This document shows, one piece after another, positions 24,470 through 37,285 of a DNA stretch of 64,000 nucleotides. Positions within the stretch are counted from its first letter, which is position 1; the number at the start of each line of letters is the position of its first letter. The translations under genes and the position numbers were made by a program. The DNA is from Podarcis cretensis (lineage: Eukaryota): assembly GCA_951804945.1 (NCBI GenBank), contig OX638157.1, positions 51,832,001-51,896,000 of the forward strand, in the 5' to 3' direction. The notes beneath the pieces were generated by a model, which worked only from the letters and a program-made list of their open reading frames with translations, made no database searches and was not told where the DNA came from.

Positions 24470-26566
24470 AATTGCAAGAAAAAGGAAGGTGAGAGTATTA
24501 ACTTAGTGCCTAATCCACATCATAAAGCTACCATACAGTTTGGCAGGGCTTTTTTCAGCTAGAACCTCACAGGAACTCGGTTCCGGCACCTCTCAGATGA
24601 ATGGCATTGCCATTAGAACAAGGGAGGCGTTCATGGTGAGTTCCAGAACCTCTTTTTCTAGGAAAAAATAGCACTACAGTTTGGCATGACCTGCTCAAAA
24701 GGACAGTCCAAGCTAATATGGTTGGACTCAAGACATGCAAACAACAGAGGTTAACACAGGCCCTTTTGAGGCAGGTTTCAATACTGGGCATGTGCTCTGG
24801 AACATCTGAAATAACAATCAAGAGGAATGCTTCCGATATGAATATGTTCCAAGTGCATCTCTCAACGCATCTCTCTGCTGTCCCTGATCTTAGATTGAGG
24901 GTAGGAGGATAGAAGTCTCATACCAAATGGTAGAGCTCTCTGGCAGGTTTGAACCCCAGCACCTAACTGTATAACAAAATCAAATCACTGGGAGACAGTG
25001 GCTCTTAGTATGCCTGAGACTGCTTTCAGAGGAATCTAGGTCAAGTAATCTCACAATATGCATTCTATTTCAGTAGCACAGAATTCATTCTCTCTTCCAA
25101 AATTCTGAGACTCTCAGCTTCCAGTGTGCTGGTTGTTTGTTTTTTTTTTTAAAAAAAACTACCCCTCAGACTTGCAGAGATAACATTAAAAAATAACATT
25201 CACGTATGTACTTCCCACTAAGCCTTCCTGTGCTAGAGAATCTGCATTAAAGTGTTCCTTGGTTTCTGGCCTCTGCTCATATGCCGCCCCTTCATCAAAT
25301 TTTATAACTACACCAGTTCCAAAAAGCTCAGCACTTGTAACTGGACTGAACCATGCCTGATTAAAAATGCAGTGTGGGGAGGTTGCATCATTTGTAAGTG
25401 GGCAGGGAAAGACAAAGAGGGACATCTTATTTTTTAGGGCTACTCCTTCCCACATTCCTCAGTATTTCCGGATAAGATCCCTTGTTCCTGAGTGCTGTTT
25501 TCAGCCACAAAATGACTAAAATATTGTGGGGTTTGTTTGGGTTTTTTAGGTGGGGGGGGGGGAGAAAGGTTAATTGTGCTGTACTCAGTATGCAGAATGG
25601 CAACAAATGGCAGGTGAATGTGTCTTAAATACCTGAAGGGGTGAAATAAAAATAGTTTCCTAACTGCTTTCTGCACCGAGATTCTATAATATTATGTGTG
25701 CTCTCAACTGCACAGTAGGAGTCTTGTCAAACAGGCTGTGAGTAGGTCAAGCAAGTTACTGAATCCACACTATCAGTGCTGTTGCTATTCATGTACCCCT
25801 TGGGTAGAAGCTACAGAACTGCTGACATTTAGAATAAAAGCTGTTATTTTATTAAAGTGCAAATTAACAGTTAAGTTTGTTTTTATTTTTCAACCTTCAA
25901 AGAGCCCAAATTTAGCAACTATGATTCATGAAACCCACAGCTCAGTGCCATTATTTCACATATTATTTTTAATCTGGGAAACGTATGGGGATTGCAGTTC
26001 TGTTAACTCGGATTTAACAGCATTGTTTCAGAGGTTTGTCAGCTCTATCTGTGGAATTAGGTTCATGCTCAAAAAATGTAGTGGAATGTTATTGACTTGG
26101 AAAACCACAAACATATCCAATGTGTTACATGTCAGAATAGAATTAAAGCTTCTACTTCCTGTACCCTTGTTCCTTCTCCCTGGTTTAGGCACGAGTAGCC
26201 CCCAAACTATAGTTTCTCTTGATGGTCATCTAGACTTAGATAAAGGCCCAACCAGCAGCCTTTTCTCTAGCTATACACTAAAGAGAAAAACAATCATTCT
26301 GAGATGGACATGCTCCTACATGAGACGGAGACTTTGGGGGATTTGTAAACAAGAAAATTTAAAAGAAATGGGGAAAAAAATGTATTAAAATAAATACCCT
26401 ACAAAAAATAAGGAGATTCAGAGTATTTTAGGCAAAATGCTTTCATGCTATTTTGAAATGTAAATTTTGTCTGATTTGTATTGTTCTTTTAATTTGCCTT
26501 CTGAACTTTATATGTGTCCTGAATTTTTCCACACCTTGATGACTATAGATTGCATCTAGGCTTTCC

Positions 26567-26572
26567 AATAAA
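26567..26572 (+). terminator. Candidate polyadenylation signal for TENM3
   Basis: AATAAA with U-rich upstream sequence and GU/U-rich downstream sequence (tgtgtctgcgtttagatttgttttctt). Other AATAAA hexamers occur at 23725, ~25645, ~25833 and ~26389. Confidence 0.5.
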
Positions 26573-28254
26573 AGCCAAGCCAATGTGTCTGCGTTTAGAT
26601 TTGTTTTCTTAACTATGTGTGTCAGACATTATAACTGTGTTATTGCTTTTCTGTTCCTACTTGTAGATGCAAAGTGATCCAGTACTGCTAGTATTGATTC
26701 ATTTGCTGCCCAGTTGGGAGTTGTTTCCTGCCCCCCCCCCCCCTGCCCAGTGGCCCAGACTGCTAGCTCAGCAAGGCAAATTACTCCATGGGATCTCTCT
26801 AGCGGCCTACTTTACAGAAGCATTAACTACACCTCACATTGTTAAGCATCATAAAGCTAAGAGAAAATGAAAAATGAAGGCTTATTCCCTTTCATATTAA
26901 AAAACACAGCACCTAATTAAAGCAGCTGATTATATATAACCAGTTTGACACTGATAAGTCATTCAAGGCCTGAAGAGCCTTCAATCCAAATTCACACCAT
27001 TTGCTGAAAAGTGCTGCCTTCAAAACACTCTGCATGTTTTTATGTTAGGTAGAATAGGCAGACTTCATCACATTTGCTTTGTAGTGACAACTGTAGCTTG
27101 ACAAACATGCTCATCCATCCCAAACTGGTTATTCTATGTCACCTTTTTTTAAAAAAAATGCTGATTACAGACTTGGTATTTTCACACAGATGAGAGAAAC
27201 AGATCTTCCATTTTACAAAGGGAAATAATGTCATCCTGAAAGCATTATTAGCGTTTTTATAGAGTAATGACTGAATGCAGCAACAACAGTACTACAATAC
27301 TTCACACGTGTATAACACTTAAGAATGTTCAAAGTGCTTCACATTGTAACATATCCTTATAACAGCTGTGTTAAGCCAATCTATAATTATTGCCATATTA
27401 TAATACTGCCAGAACTCTAATAAACTACTGATATAAAAGGGGGGAATCCTAGCTTGGAGCCAAGTCCAGCTTCAGGACAGCAGCAACATTTTGTCTCAAA
27501 TACGAGTCATGAGAGTTTACTATCTGAGGATATACTACACTGATTTTACTGAAGGAAACATTAAGCATCGTAGCCCAAACAACACATTTTCTGTTAATGG
27601 TTGGTCTGCCTCAGCAGTGGACCACTTGTGGGGTGGGGGGCTGGGTAATATGACCAGACTGGGGTGTGCTGAATGAATCCAGAGCCAGACTAGATTACAT
27701 AGATGACAAAAAGTTATAGATGCTCTACCAGAAACCCAGATTAAAACTCACATTTATGTACCACTGTACTGAGAAGCTGTATCTTGAAGGTAGGGTGAAC
27801 TGTGTGCTTCGTAAAAGGTGAAGCAAGCATGCCCATCACTGCAACACTTGTCAAACCTAGCCTACATCCATTTAGGTCTGCAGTGGGGAATATGTGGCTC
27901 TCTACCTGTTGGACTGTAACTCCCATCATCCCAGACCTCAATCAGATATCTGTTATAAATACCTGGGTAACAGACCTCTCCACTAAGAGGGGGGTACAAA
28001 AAAGCAATCTCACCTATTTGTGCAAAAGAAAACAATATTTTTTAAAAAATTACAAGTACTATTGCAGCCAATAGCATTTACAAGGGCAAGTAGTTCTGGG
28101 CATGATTTTCATCAGGAAAATGACACAGTTTTTTTTTTTTTTAATGCCATGCTGTGGTTCTATTATGATTTTGTATTATTATTGTGAATTTTTTACATCC
28201 TATGAAACACGTTGAGCACAAATGTATTTGTGGGAAATGTGGTATTTAATAAAT

Positions 28255-28690
28255 AGACTATGGCTTGCCTTTATTACATACACAGCCCAATAAACCCCTT
28301 GACAGCATACAAATCAATAGGACTAATTTAACCCAACAACCCACACCCCCTTCATACACACAAACAAAACTTACTGCAATCAGCTAAATGCAACCAACCA
28401 TACTCTGGGCTCTCCAATCTCTTGCACTGCCAACAAAAACAGACAGATAAATAAAGAACTTATCCTCACAACACTGGCACAAAAACTCTGCACATACACT
28501 AAGCCAAAATGGAAAATCACTACCCCCTTATTTCTCTCTCCCCCCCCCCCACTTCACAATGTCTGTGACAGCTGTGTCTCACACCAAACATAACTGACCT
28601 GTAGAAAGGACTCGATGAATTGAAAACAGAGAGATCATATGTACCCTTGTTAACACTGAAAACCCTTTAAGGAAAACAACTTTAAGAGAT
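28255..28690 (+). mobile_element. Possible L1/Tx1-type LINE 3' end remnant
   Basis: RLWLAFITYTAQ* resembles the W-x-(P/A)-F-I-x-Y C-terminal motif of L1-clade ORF2. It is followed by a C/A-rich, G-poor 3'UTR-like tract and an A-rich end. Confidence 0.35.
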
Positions 28691-29479
28691 GGAAAGAAAA
28701 TAAATTGACTATGACTATGATCCAGAGCCAGACCCACTGCAGGTATTTATACTAAATAAGAAGATGGCCAGTTGCAAACAAGCGTATGTTTGACAAAATG
28801 CGTAGATTGGCCCCTCAATCTCTTTTTTAGATTGCAGCCATATGTACCCAGCCCTTTCATTTGACAAGTTGCATTGCACCTAGGGTGTCCTGCTCTGAGT
28901 TTGGAATCAACAGTAATGAACAGTATTAACTGTATTTGGTCTCTGAAGCAATGGCATAGACTCTATGGTTTGTGAACTGCATGGACCACCAGTGTTTTAA
29001 CAAGTCCCTAAAGTGTGTTAAAAGTTATTTTGGCTTTTAAGTTCTAGAAATTTGATCAGAACCCACAAACTTTTGTCTGGAGGTTTGATGTACTGGCACC
29101 CTGACAAATAAACATCACTTGTAAATGTAAAAGTCTAGCCAACAGAAGGAAACTTAAAAAAAAAAAAAGCAAGCCTCTTTTGTACTCTATATTGCTCAAG
29201 AATGGAAGACTAGTGAAATCTTGGCATTGGTAGTAGGGAAGGCAGGCTATGATTTTCAAGATGGCCTTCACTGTTGACTTTACAAGTGCTTTAGTGCCAA
29301 GTTTTTCAAACTACTGAGAAGGAGAAAAATAACTGCTGAAGATTTGCATAACTGTAGATGTAGTAGCATTTGCATTTTTGCAAGTATAAACAGGAATATA
29401 TTTTATAGAGATTTAAAGTTATTGTTAAATTACAAAATGTAGAATGGAAAGCACATAACTCCAATGCTCAGGAGTATGC

Positions 29480-29800
29480 CCTGGTGGCTGCTGCTATGCT
29501 ACCGGGCCAGCTTCAAGGTTAGTGATCCCCCATGGCTTGGATGTATGGCTCACATCCACCAGGGGGCATGTGTTTAGTCTGAGGTTACAATTTTATGGAA
29601 GTCCCTCTTCCAGTTGAGGTCAGATAGGCCTCCTTTCTATAGGACTTCCACTACCTACTGGAAAACATTTCCCATTCAAGCAGGCCTTTTAACTGAAGTT
29701 TTATTTTATAGGTAGTTTTGACCTATTTGTATTATAACCTAATAAACCACTTAGGGACTACTGTAGTTAAGGTAATATGGAAATTGTTCCTATAAATAAA
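29480..29800 (+). mobile_element. L2 LINE 3' fragment
   Basis: Homologous to the end of the L2 at ~38.6-39.0 kb (ccagttgaggtcaga-aggc shared); ends in a T-rich region and taaataaa. Confidence 0.65.
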
Positions 29801-31638
29801 TGTCGTGAATAGAGGTGCTGCTACCAAACAGGCAGGTATCACCACTCATGCCCCATCCAATGAAGGGAATTAGATATGGCAACCCCAATTTAAATGTGCA
29901 TATTTCAAAAGGTAAAAACCAGCAGACCCCAAAAGTTGATCTGTTTTAGGAAGACCCCAACATTTTTAGGCCAGTATCTAACATCTTTCTAGTGCTCGGT
30001 CGCTCTCCCACCACCACTTTTGCATGAGGGTCTCTTCATGTTACTAATAACTTTGAGTAAACTTTTCTATTAAATAACTTTACTTCAAATTATGTCATGG
30101 AGGAATAGGAATTCCTGGGGTCCTCCATAAATGGAAAAATAGATTCAGAATTAACCAATTACCTAATGGTGCATTTTAGAGTCCATGGCTTCTACAAAAC
30201 AAACGTAATACGTTCGGGACCAAGATAGGGTAAAATATTATAAAGCTATGATTGAGGCTACTACAGAGGGGGAAGTTGGTTTGCTTGCCTGTGGCTCCTA
30301 GGTCACTTCCAAATAACCTGTTTGTTGAGCATTTATCCTGATTTGTTCCTGGAGAGGTTATACAAATGGGCACCAAGCAAGTGTTAACCCACGCTTCTCA
30401 GTAAATTTCCTCATCACTTTCCCTATCACAAAAAGTCGGGGGGGGGTGCGTAGGAGTGCCAAATCAACTTTAATTGTTTTACCTAATTTTGTTGGCATGG
30501 AACAATGTTTGAAGTGACTCATTGTTCCCTTGTAGCTTAGGGCAGCCATATGTCAACAACTTTCAGGTTTTCCTAAAATAAAGCTCAAGTTTTGAGGAAG
30601 CAAAACTCATTCAAATACTGGGACCCTTTACCTTAACGTTATTACTGGATACGTCCTCTGACTAGCACCGGCAAATTGTTCCAGGGGATGAAATTACAGG
30701 ATCTAATTAATCTGAGACACTTAGGAACAGAAAACTCACACTTGACCCCCTGGGAATGTGTTGTTTCTATCCCTCATTGAAATTGTACCCATACAATTTA
30801 GAAGGCAATGAAAGCAATAGGTTTTTCACAGGAATTACGCTAAAACCTATCAGGTTTAATAGAAAATGGGAGCCTTCCCCTGGGTTGCTTGTTTTAAAGC
30901 CACTGCAGAAAATTCTACAGCAGAGACAGAATCTGTCTGTTGCATTTTATAGCTAAAAGATTATCGCATTCTGTATGATGGTTCAAATAATCTTCACAGG
31001 ACAGGGCAAACTCATGTTGTGCACGTGGAATAGCTATCATGGAGAGATCGCTTTAAATGGCCCCTTCCGGGCATTCATGTGCAGTTCTTGCCATGAGAAT
31101 CAGGATGTTTTCCATGCTACACCTCCAGAAAATCTCTGATGGTGTTATGGGAAAGACAACATAAGCCGGTCCATACTAATGGCTCACTTGTGTTGAGACA
31201 GACACCCAGGAGTAATTTCAAGGGGGCTCCTAGTAGGTCCAGAAGCTCTTGAGATACCTTGTCACCCATCTTCAATTATTCCCGCCCATCCACCCAACAC
31301 AGTGCTCTCCTCTACTGATGAGCCCTTCCCCACTACTGCTTTTCCAGCTGAAACTATTTTAAAGCCATGTGTCTTCTGATGGGTGTATATGACCAGGGAA
31401 GGAGTAGCTAGTAAAAAGTAGACTCCCAAGGGAAAGCATAGGCAGAGCAGACAGTTCCAACTCCTTCCTCCTGCCCCAAGTGCTACACTTTTAAATTGCC
31501 TCCCAACTTGCCACTTGAATGATTCAGTGGCAAAAACTCTTTTTGCACACAGATCTGCCAGCATCACATCTAGTTTGGTCCAGATTTCACAAAGGCCAGA
31601 GTCTGTGTAGTGCAAGAACTGTGGATCTCTACAACCGT

Positions 31639-31822
31639 CAGGGGTACCAACTTGAATAAAATATGGGGGGTCAGGTAAGCCCCATCCCGCATAATCAGTC
31701 ACATGACATGGCACACACCATTTGAATGGCAATGTCCATCAACTTTGGGGGAGGGGCAAACCCCTCAAATATTTTATTGGGGGGGTGAAGGTACATCAGC
31801 CCAATGCTACGATCAGCTCCTG
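31639..31822. mobile_element. Non-autonomous DNA transposon fragment (hAT-like ends)
   Basis: CAGGGG...CCTG termini with subterminal inverted aataaaatat / atattttatt; no clean TSD. Confidence 0.45.
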
Positions 31823-34693
31823 CAAAAGCTGCAATCCTAAACACCCTTATGTTTGGAAGTAAATTCCCCTGAATTTATTGCTTCCCAATAAGTTTGTTTA
31901 TTATTAGGGTACCAGTCAGTGTATCTGTTTTAAGAAAGATACAGAAGCAACATTCTGCACTTTTTCTGGCCGATCCATAACTTAAAATTACAAGCTGGCA
32001 GTCAAAAACAGCTCCACCACCTCCCACTTCAGCCAAGGCCATTCATTCTTCATTTCTGTCATTTAAGCACAGTTTATGAGCCCAGAAGTAATATAAGAAT
32101 TTGTAAGTCCATTACAAATGCACTTTTATAAGTAGAGAGCTTTATAAAAAAAATAAAAAAGCAATTTCCTCTGGATTTTGATTACAGGACTTCAGAGACG
32201 TTGATTTTAAAGGGTCCTTGAAAACCAAAATTCCAGCTCAAAGGAAGAACTGTTTCAGGAGCAGCAGGCTTCCTGAAAATGCAAATTCTTTTTGGCAATT
32301 CTCCCACCTCTCTCCCTTGTAAACAGAGAGCATGAATGGGAAAAGTCTCAAACTGGTTGGGGAGCAGCCTGCAGTTCACATCTCTACAAGAGAGCAACCA
32401 GTGCAACTTGCTTTGATCAAAGATACTAAGCACTTGCGGTACTCCTGAAAAAAGGATTGGGATTTTCAACCTGAATAATTTGTTGGGATGTCAACAACCT
32501 GAATAAGGAGGGACAGGTAAACCTTTAAAAGGAGCCTGTCTTTTAAACATCAGTTAAGCTGCATGTGCTCCCTGTAGGTCGTGCAAATTGCTACACAGTT
32601 AATATGTCCCCTGCTCAAATCATAAATGGGGCTTAGACCCATAAAAAGGCCTTATAGGTAACCAGTCATCAGTTCTTCCACATTTGCTCTACCACAAATG
32701 TGACGCTAGCACCCCCTAGTGGAGGATAAAAGTTTGGGAGAGACTCAGAAAGTGGTTGGGGGAAGGGGGCAGAGTATGCCTTGTACCATTTAAGCAGAGT
32801 CTGCATTTCTTTTGCTATTGTTTGAAGAATTCTAATTATCCTGCATTTTAACAGCTTAGCACTGCCCACAGAGTTTCACAAATAAAGGCTATTACTGCTG
32901 CTTCATGCTTCAGCTCACTGATGCCTGGGCCTTGCAACAACAACAAAACAAAAAAATCACTCCCTTAAGATTTCTTTTCACCTCAAGCAGAAGCTTTGTC
33001 AAACAAGGTTCCTCTCGCCTGGCAGATCAAAATGGAGCTTGCTGCCAATAATTGTTTTCTGGTCAGCTGAGTGTGGCAGGCCCCAGCGCCAACACCTCTG
33101 ACTGCTTCGTGAACTACAGCCACAGCTCCTATTCAGCTGTTCTGCACGCAGTCCACCAGGCAGCGAAGAGGCCGGAGGAACTCAGAAAAGAACAGATGAA
33201 AGTGTAGCTCTGGGAGGAATGGAAGGTGCTGCTAAGTCAGCTCACCAAACTCACCCAGGTGAGCAACAAGCAGCAGGCCTGCTCTGCCTGCCTTGCCTCT
33301 TCCAATACTGGAGACTCTGAGCAAAGGAAAATCATCCCTCGGTGGGTGGGGGTGGCTTGAACATTATCTGATAGCTATGCCTACTTGGATGACCCCTGGC
33401 AACTGAACACCAAACAGCTGGGGTGACTCAACTCACAGTTTCGTGGAACTAGGACAACACTCCAGAAACCAACGTTTTGCCTTTGACTTCTGCTGCCTTG
33501 AAATATCGCTAACAGCATATTACCACTATTGTGTTGTAGGCTTTATTTTTTTATGGCATTTCAACATCTTAACGTGGGAAACAATTTAAAGTCTAAACAT
33601 ACCAACCTTTCTAGAAGACGGCTGTTAAGCTGCTTCCAACCAAGTGTGCAAACACGCACAGCACTAAAGCTGTTTAATTTGCTTCACGTCAGCTCACCAG
33701 CAATTAATATGCCTGCCATAACAAGGCCCATAAAACTCGCTAGCAGTAGGGGAGTGAAATGATTATAACATTTTCTCCCCTTTCAGCAATACCCGTCTAC
33801 AGTTTGAGCACTGTCAAATCTTTTTAAAAGCAGATAAAGAAGCTGAGCTGCATCTGAACAGCTGTTGTTTACTGAAGCAATAATTAGCAACAGGGATAGT
33901 GTTAAAATACCTGCTACCTGATACAAAACCAAAACAGCACACATACACACACAAACCTGCCCCCTACCTGCTGGTTAGCCAAACAAAAAAAGATCAGCAA
34001 TACAAAGAATAAGCTGCTCTGAGGTTTCTTAATTTGTTTTATTAAACAATCAAAAGCCAGCCTCTCTACTGTGCACTGCTCATTTAGGCAAACCTGCTTG
34101 GTGCCACGTAATTAAATTCAAGTTGTCCCACTTGACTTTATTATGCATCTCTGGATAATTACTAATCAATATGTGCAAGTCTGGACTTACATAGCTGTTC
34201 TAGCGTATCTTCTCCAGGAAACATTTGTACCAGGTAGATAAATCAAACATATACTACAATCTGGGACCAGCATGGTACAAATAAAACCCAATTTTAATAA
34301 TTAATTTAATCACGGACACACCCATGCAGGGGAAAAAACTCCCACTAAGTTACATGGATCGAGGATTGCAGCCTAAATCAACACTTCTCCAAGCTTATTC
34401 TCAAAAACCTCAATCAGATATCTGTTACAAAGCAACCTCATCCCTTTGTTGAACAACAGGAAAAGCTTGTGAGAGTCCACACTAAAGTTGACAGACCCAA
34501 AAATACGGTATACCGACCTTGAACCCAGAGTATGGTCTGAAGGCTCAAGAGGATAGCAGGCCTGCTCTTTTCCAATACTTGAGACTCTGAGCAAAGGGAA
34601 GTCATCCCTCAGAGAGGTGGGGGGTGGCTTGAACATTATCTGACATGCACCACACACACTGCCTTGGGTTCCCGGCATGAACTGTGACATAAA

Positions 34694-35017
34694 TGTAAGA
34701 ACATGAATAACGTAGGACCTCTGAGCCTGGGGCCCTACTAAGCATTTGTTACAGCTGATAGACATTCCTTTGTTAGGCAGATTAGCAATCGCCCAGATTG
34801 GTTAGCTGGTTGGTTGGTAGTTAATCAGTAGGTTATGAAATGGTTCTCTGTCTAAAGACATTGTTTGATTGTTTTAAAGATGAGAGCCATCAAACCTTGA
34901 GGAAAGGGGGTTCTCCTTTACTCAGCTAAGAGGAGGCATATATGTGTGTGAAGAAACAACAATTTGAGACACATCTGAAACAGACACAGAAAGGAAGGAG
35001 TTATCAAAGGAGGGAAG

Positions 35018-35060
<43 letters not shown>

Positions 35061-35202
35061 ACTTGATATGGCACAGCAGATCTCCTGCCTCACTGGGGTG
35101 TGAATGTTGCTTGTAAATAAAGCAGTATTTTAAGTCTCCAGTGTTTTTTCCACCAAAAGAAAGGCAGTCTGGGTAATGCTGCCTCTCTAGAACTTCTTAC
35201 CA
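34694..35202 (+). mobile_element. Possible degenerate solo LTR containing a (CT)n expansion
   Basis: TGTAAGAA start, TTCTTACCA end, AATAAA near 35116; no TSD match. Confidence 0.3.
35021..35059. repeat. (CT)n microsatellite
   Basis: Perfect dinucleotide run of about 19 units. Confidence 0.98.
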
Positions 35203-35518
35203 CTCTGGAAGTGAACTGCTGTAACCAGTCGTTTTGCTTATTTTTCAGGACAAGCCAGAAAGTTGCCTGAAGAAAAACAGCATCCTTTTCAGGACTGGAA
35301 ACATTATTTTGATTTTGCCAGGAGGAAACACAGTGGTTGAACCCTTTCAAAGCACTCTCAAAGAGAGGCCACCTTTCTGGGCACATCTGGGGTTGGTAGG
35401 AAATCTGCCCAGGCTGAGCACACTGATAGCAGCATCTGACCTGACAACCTGCTGACTTCACTCTCTACTGCTGCAGACCTATCCCAGACCTATGCACTCC
35501 CCAGCCCTTCATTTAACC

Positions 35519-35832
35519 CAGGGGAAGGCAACCTGAGACCCGTGGGCCGGATGCAGCCCAATCGCCTTCTCAATCCAGCCAACGAACTGAGATCAGTTCT
35601 GGAATCAGCGTGTTTTTACATGAGTAGAATGTGTCCTTTTATTTAAAATGCATTTCTGGGTTATTTGTGGGGCCTGCCTGGTGTTTTTACATGAGTAGAA
35701 TGTGTGCTTTTATTTAAAATGCATCTCTGGGTTATTTGTGGGGCATATGAATTCGTTCACCCCCCCAAAAAAAAATATAGTCCAGCCCACCACATGGTCT
35801 GAGGGACAGCTGAAAAAGCTTGCTGAAATCTG
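35519..35832. mobile_element. hAT-superfamily MITE with internal 71-bp-period tandem duplication
   Basis: Perfect 8-bp TSD ATTTAACC (35511-35518, 35833-35840), CAG...CTG ends, duplicated unit at 35610-35673 and 35681-35744. Confidence 0.85.
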
Positions 35833-35860
35833 ATTTAACCCTTGACTCTACTTCCTAGGA

Positions 35861-36220
35861 GGGGACGCAGGTGGCGCTGTGGGTTAAAGCCTCAGCGCCT
35901 AGGGCTTGCCGATCGAAAGGTCGGCGGTTCGAATCCCTGCGGCGGGGTGCGCTCCCGCTGCTCGGTCCCAGCGCCTGCCAACCTAGCAGTTCGAAAGCAC
36001 CTCCGGGTGCAAGTAGATAAATAGGGACCGCTTACCAGCGGGAAGGTAAACGGCGTTTCCGTGTGCGGCTCTGGCTTGCCAGAGCAGCGATGTCACGCTG
36101 GCCACGTGACCCGGAAGTGTCTCCGGACAGCGCTGGCCCCTGGCCTCTTAAGTGAGATGGGCGCACAACCCCAGAGTCTGTCAAGACTGGCCCATACGGG
36201 CAGGGGTACCTTTACCTTTA
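35861..36220 (+). mobile_element. Full-length Sauria (Squam1) SINE
   Basis: tRNA-like head with A box (tggcgctgtggg) and B box (ggttcgaatcc), Sauria body (aacctagcagttcgaaagcac...gcaagtagataaatagg), (ACCTTT)n tail and 13-bp TSD CTACTTCCTAGGA (35848-35860, 36221-36233). Confidence 0.95.
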
Positions 36221-37285
36221 CTACTTCCTAGGAAGTGTTACACAGAAAGGAAAAGACCCTTTCTTGTTAAATTAGAAGGAAATAGCTCACGTGTTCCTGC
36301 AAGTTATCTAAGTCCCACCTAGAGCTAAAGATGCTCAATAAGGTAAAAAAGAAAAGAAAAGTTGTGACTATTATCAGGAAGGAAGAAAATACCACAAGGT
36401 AAAACAGGTGTTGCCTGTGATACCTGGCACGATGTCTGAATTAGCTTTCACAGTGAAGGAGCTCAAAATGATTATCAGGAGCCTGTGCTCTTTCACCAAC
36501 AAAACCAAGCAAAGCAGGTTAAACACTCCAGCAGTGACAGCCGCTGAGCAACAGAAGGAAATTCCTTGCTGACAGGCTGCAGTTAAGGCAGACTAGCAAG
36601 CCTGAAGTGCACAACCCAGACGTAACACACGATCATAACTGTGCACTGAAACCATCAGAATGAGCAGTCATAGCACCGTGAGTAAGCAATAGAGTGGAAG
36701 CCTTTCCACTGAAATGCTTCCTGGTGTCTAAACTAGAGTTCAAACTAACATTTCAAATTTCTTTCTCTTGCTCACTCCTGTATATCCTTCTTGAAGATTT
36801 TTGTTTTGTTTCTGTGAAAACAAAGAAGTGGGAATCTTTCACCTTTGGCTATGAGCTTTAGGACACAACTGAATGTGATGTGGGAGATCTGCAATCAGGA
36901 TTTCCTGTGTGGTGATTTTTGTTTTTTAAGTGAAAAGCAGCTAAAGGGAAGAGGCATGTGAGGAACAAGTATAACCCTTTCTCTCCTATTGTTTTCCTGA
37001 ACTAAATTATGTCACCAAAGCCACTCTTTGCCCCATTGGGAAACCATACATGTATGCTCCCCTCCAGCACAAACTCCTCAATCTAACCCCGCCCCCCAAA
37101 AAAACTGTTTTTGAAACTTTTTAAAATCTCTGGAGATCACACCTAGTCAGGATGCCCAGATGCATAAGAGGACAGGGCTCCTACAGTGCAAAATTTAATT
37201 TATAAGCCAGTGCATCCACCTCACAAGCCCCAGGTTCCCTTGCCTAAAAAAATCAAGTGCTTTGAGGATGACTTGATCAAAATTA

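Larger units (their letters stand above)
22886..26590 (+). other. TENM3: Probable TENM3 3' UTR (3' end uncertain)
   Basis: Follows the stop codon; AU/GU-rich and largely repeat-poor; ends at a well-formed poly(A) signal context. Confidence 0.55.

Noticed and set aside
25696-26388. 230-aa ORF
   Set aside because: GTG start, no domain-like features, AT-rich UTR-like composition; lies within the probable TENM3 3' UTR.
35861-35945. tRNA gene
   Set aside because: The A/B boxes are the head of a Sauria SINE with body, tail and TSD; no complete cloverleaf.
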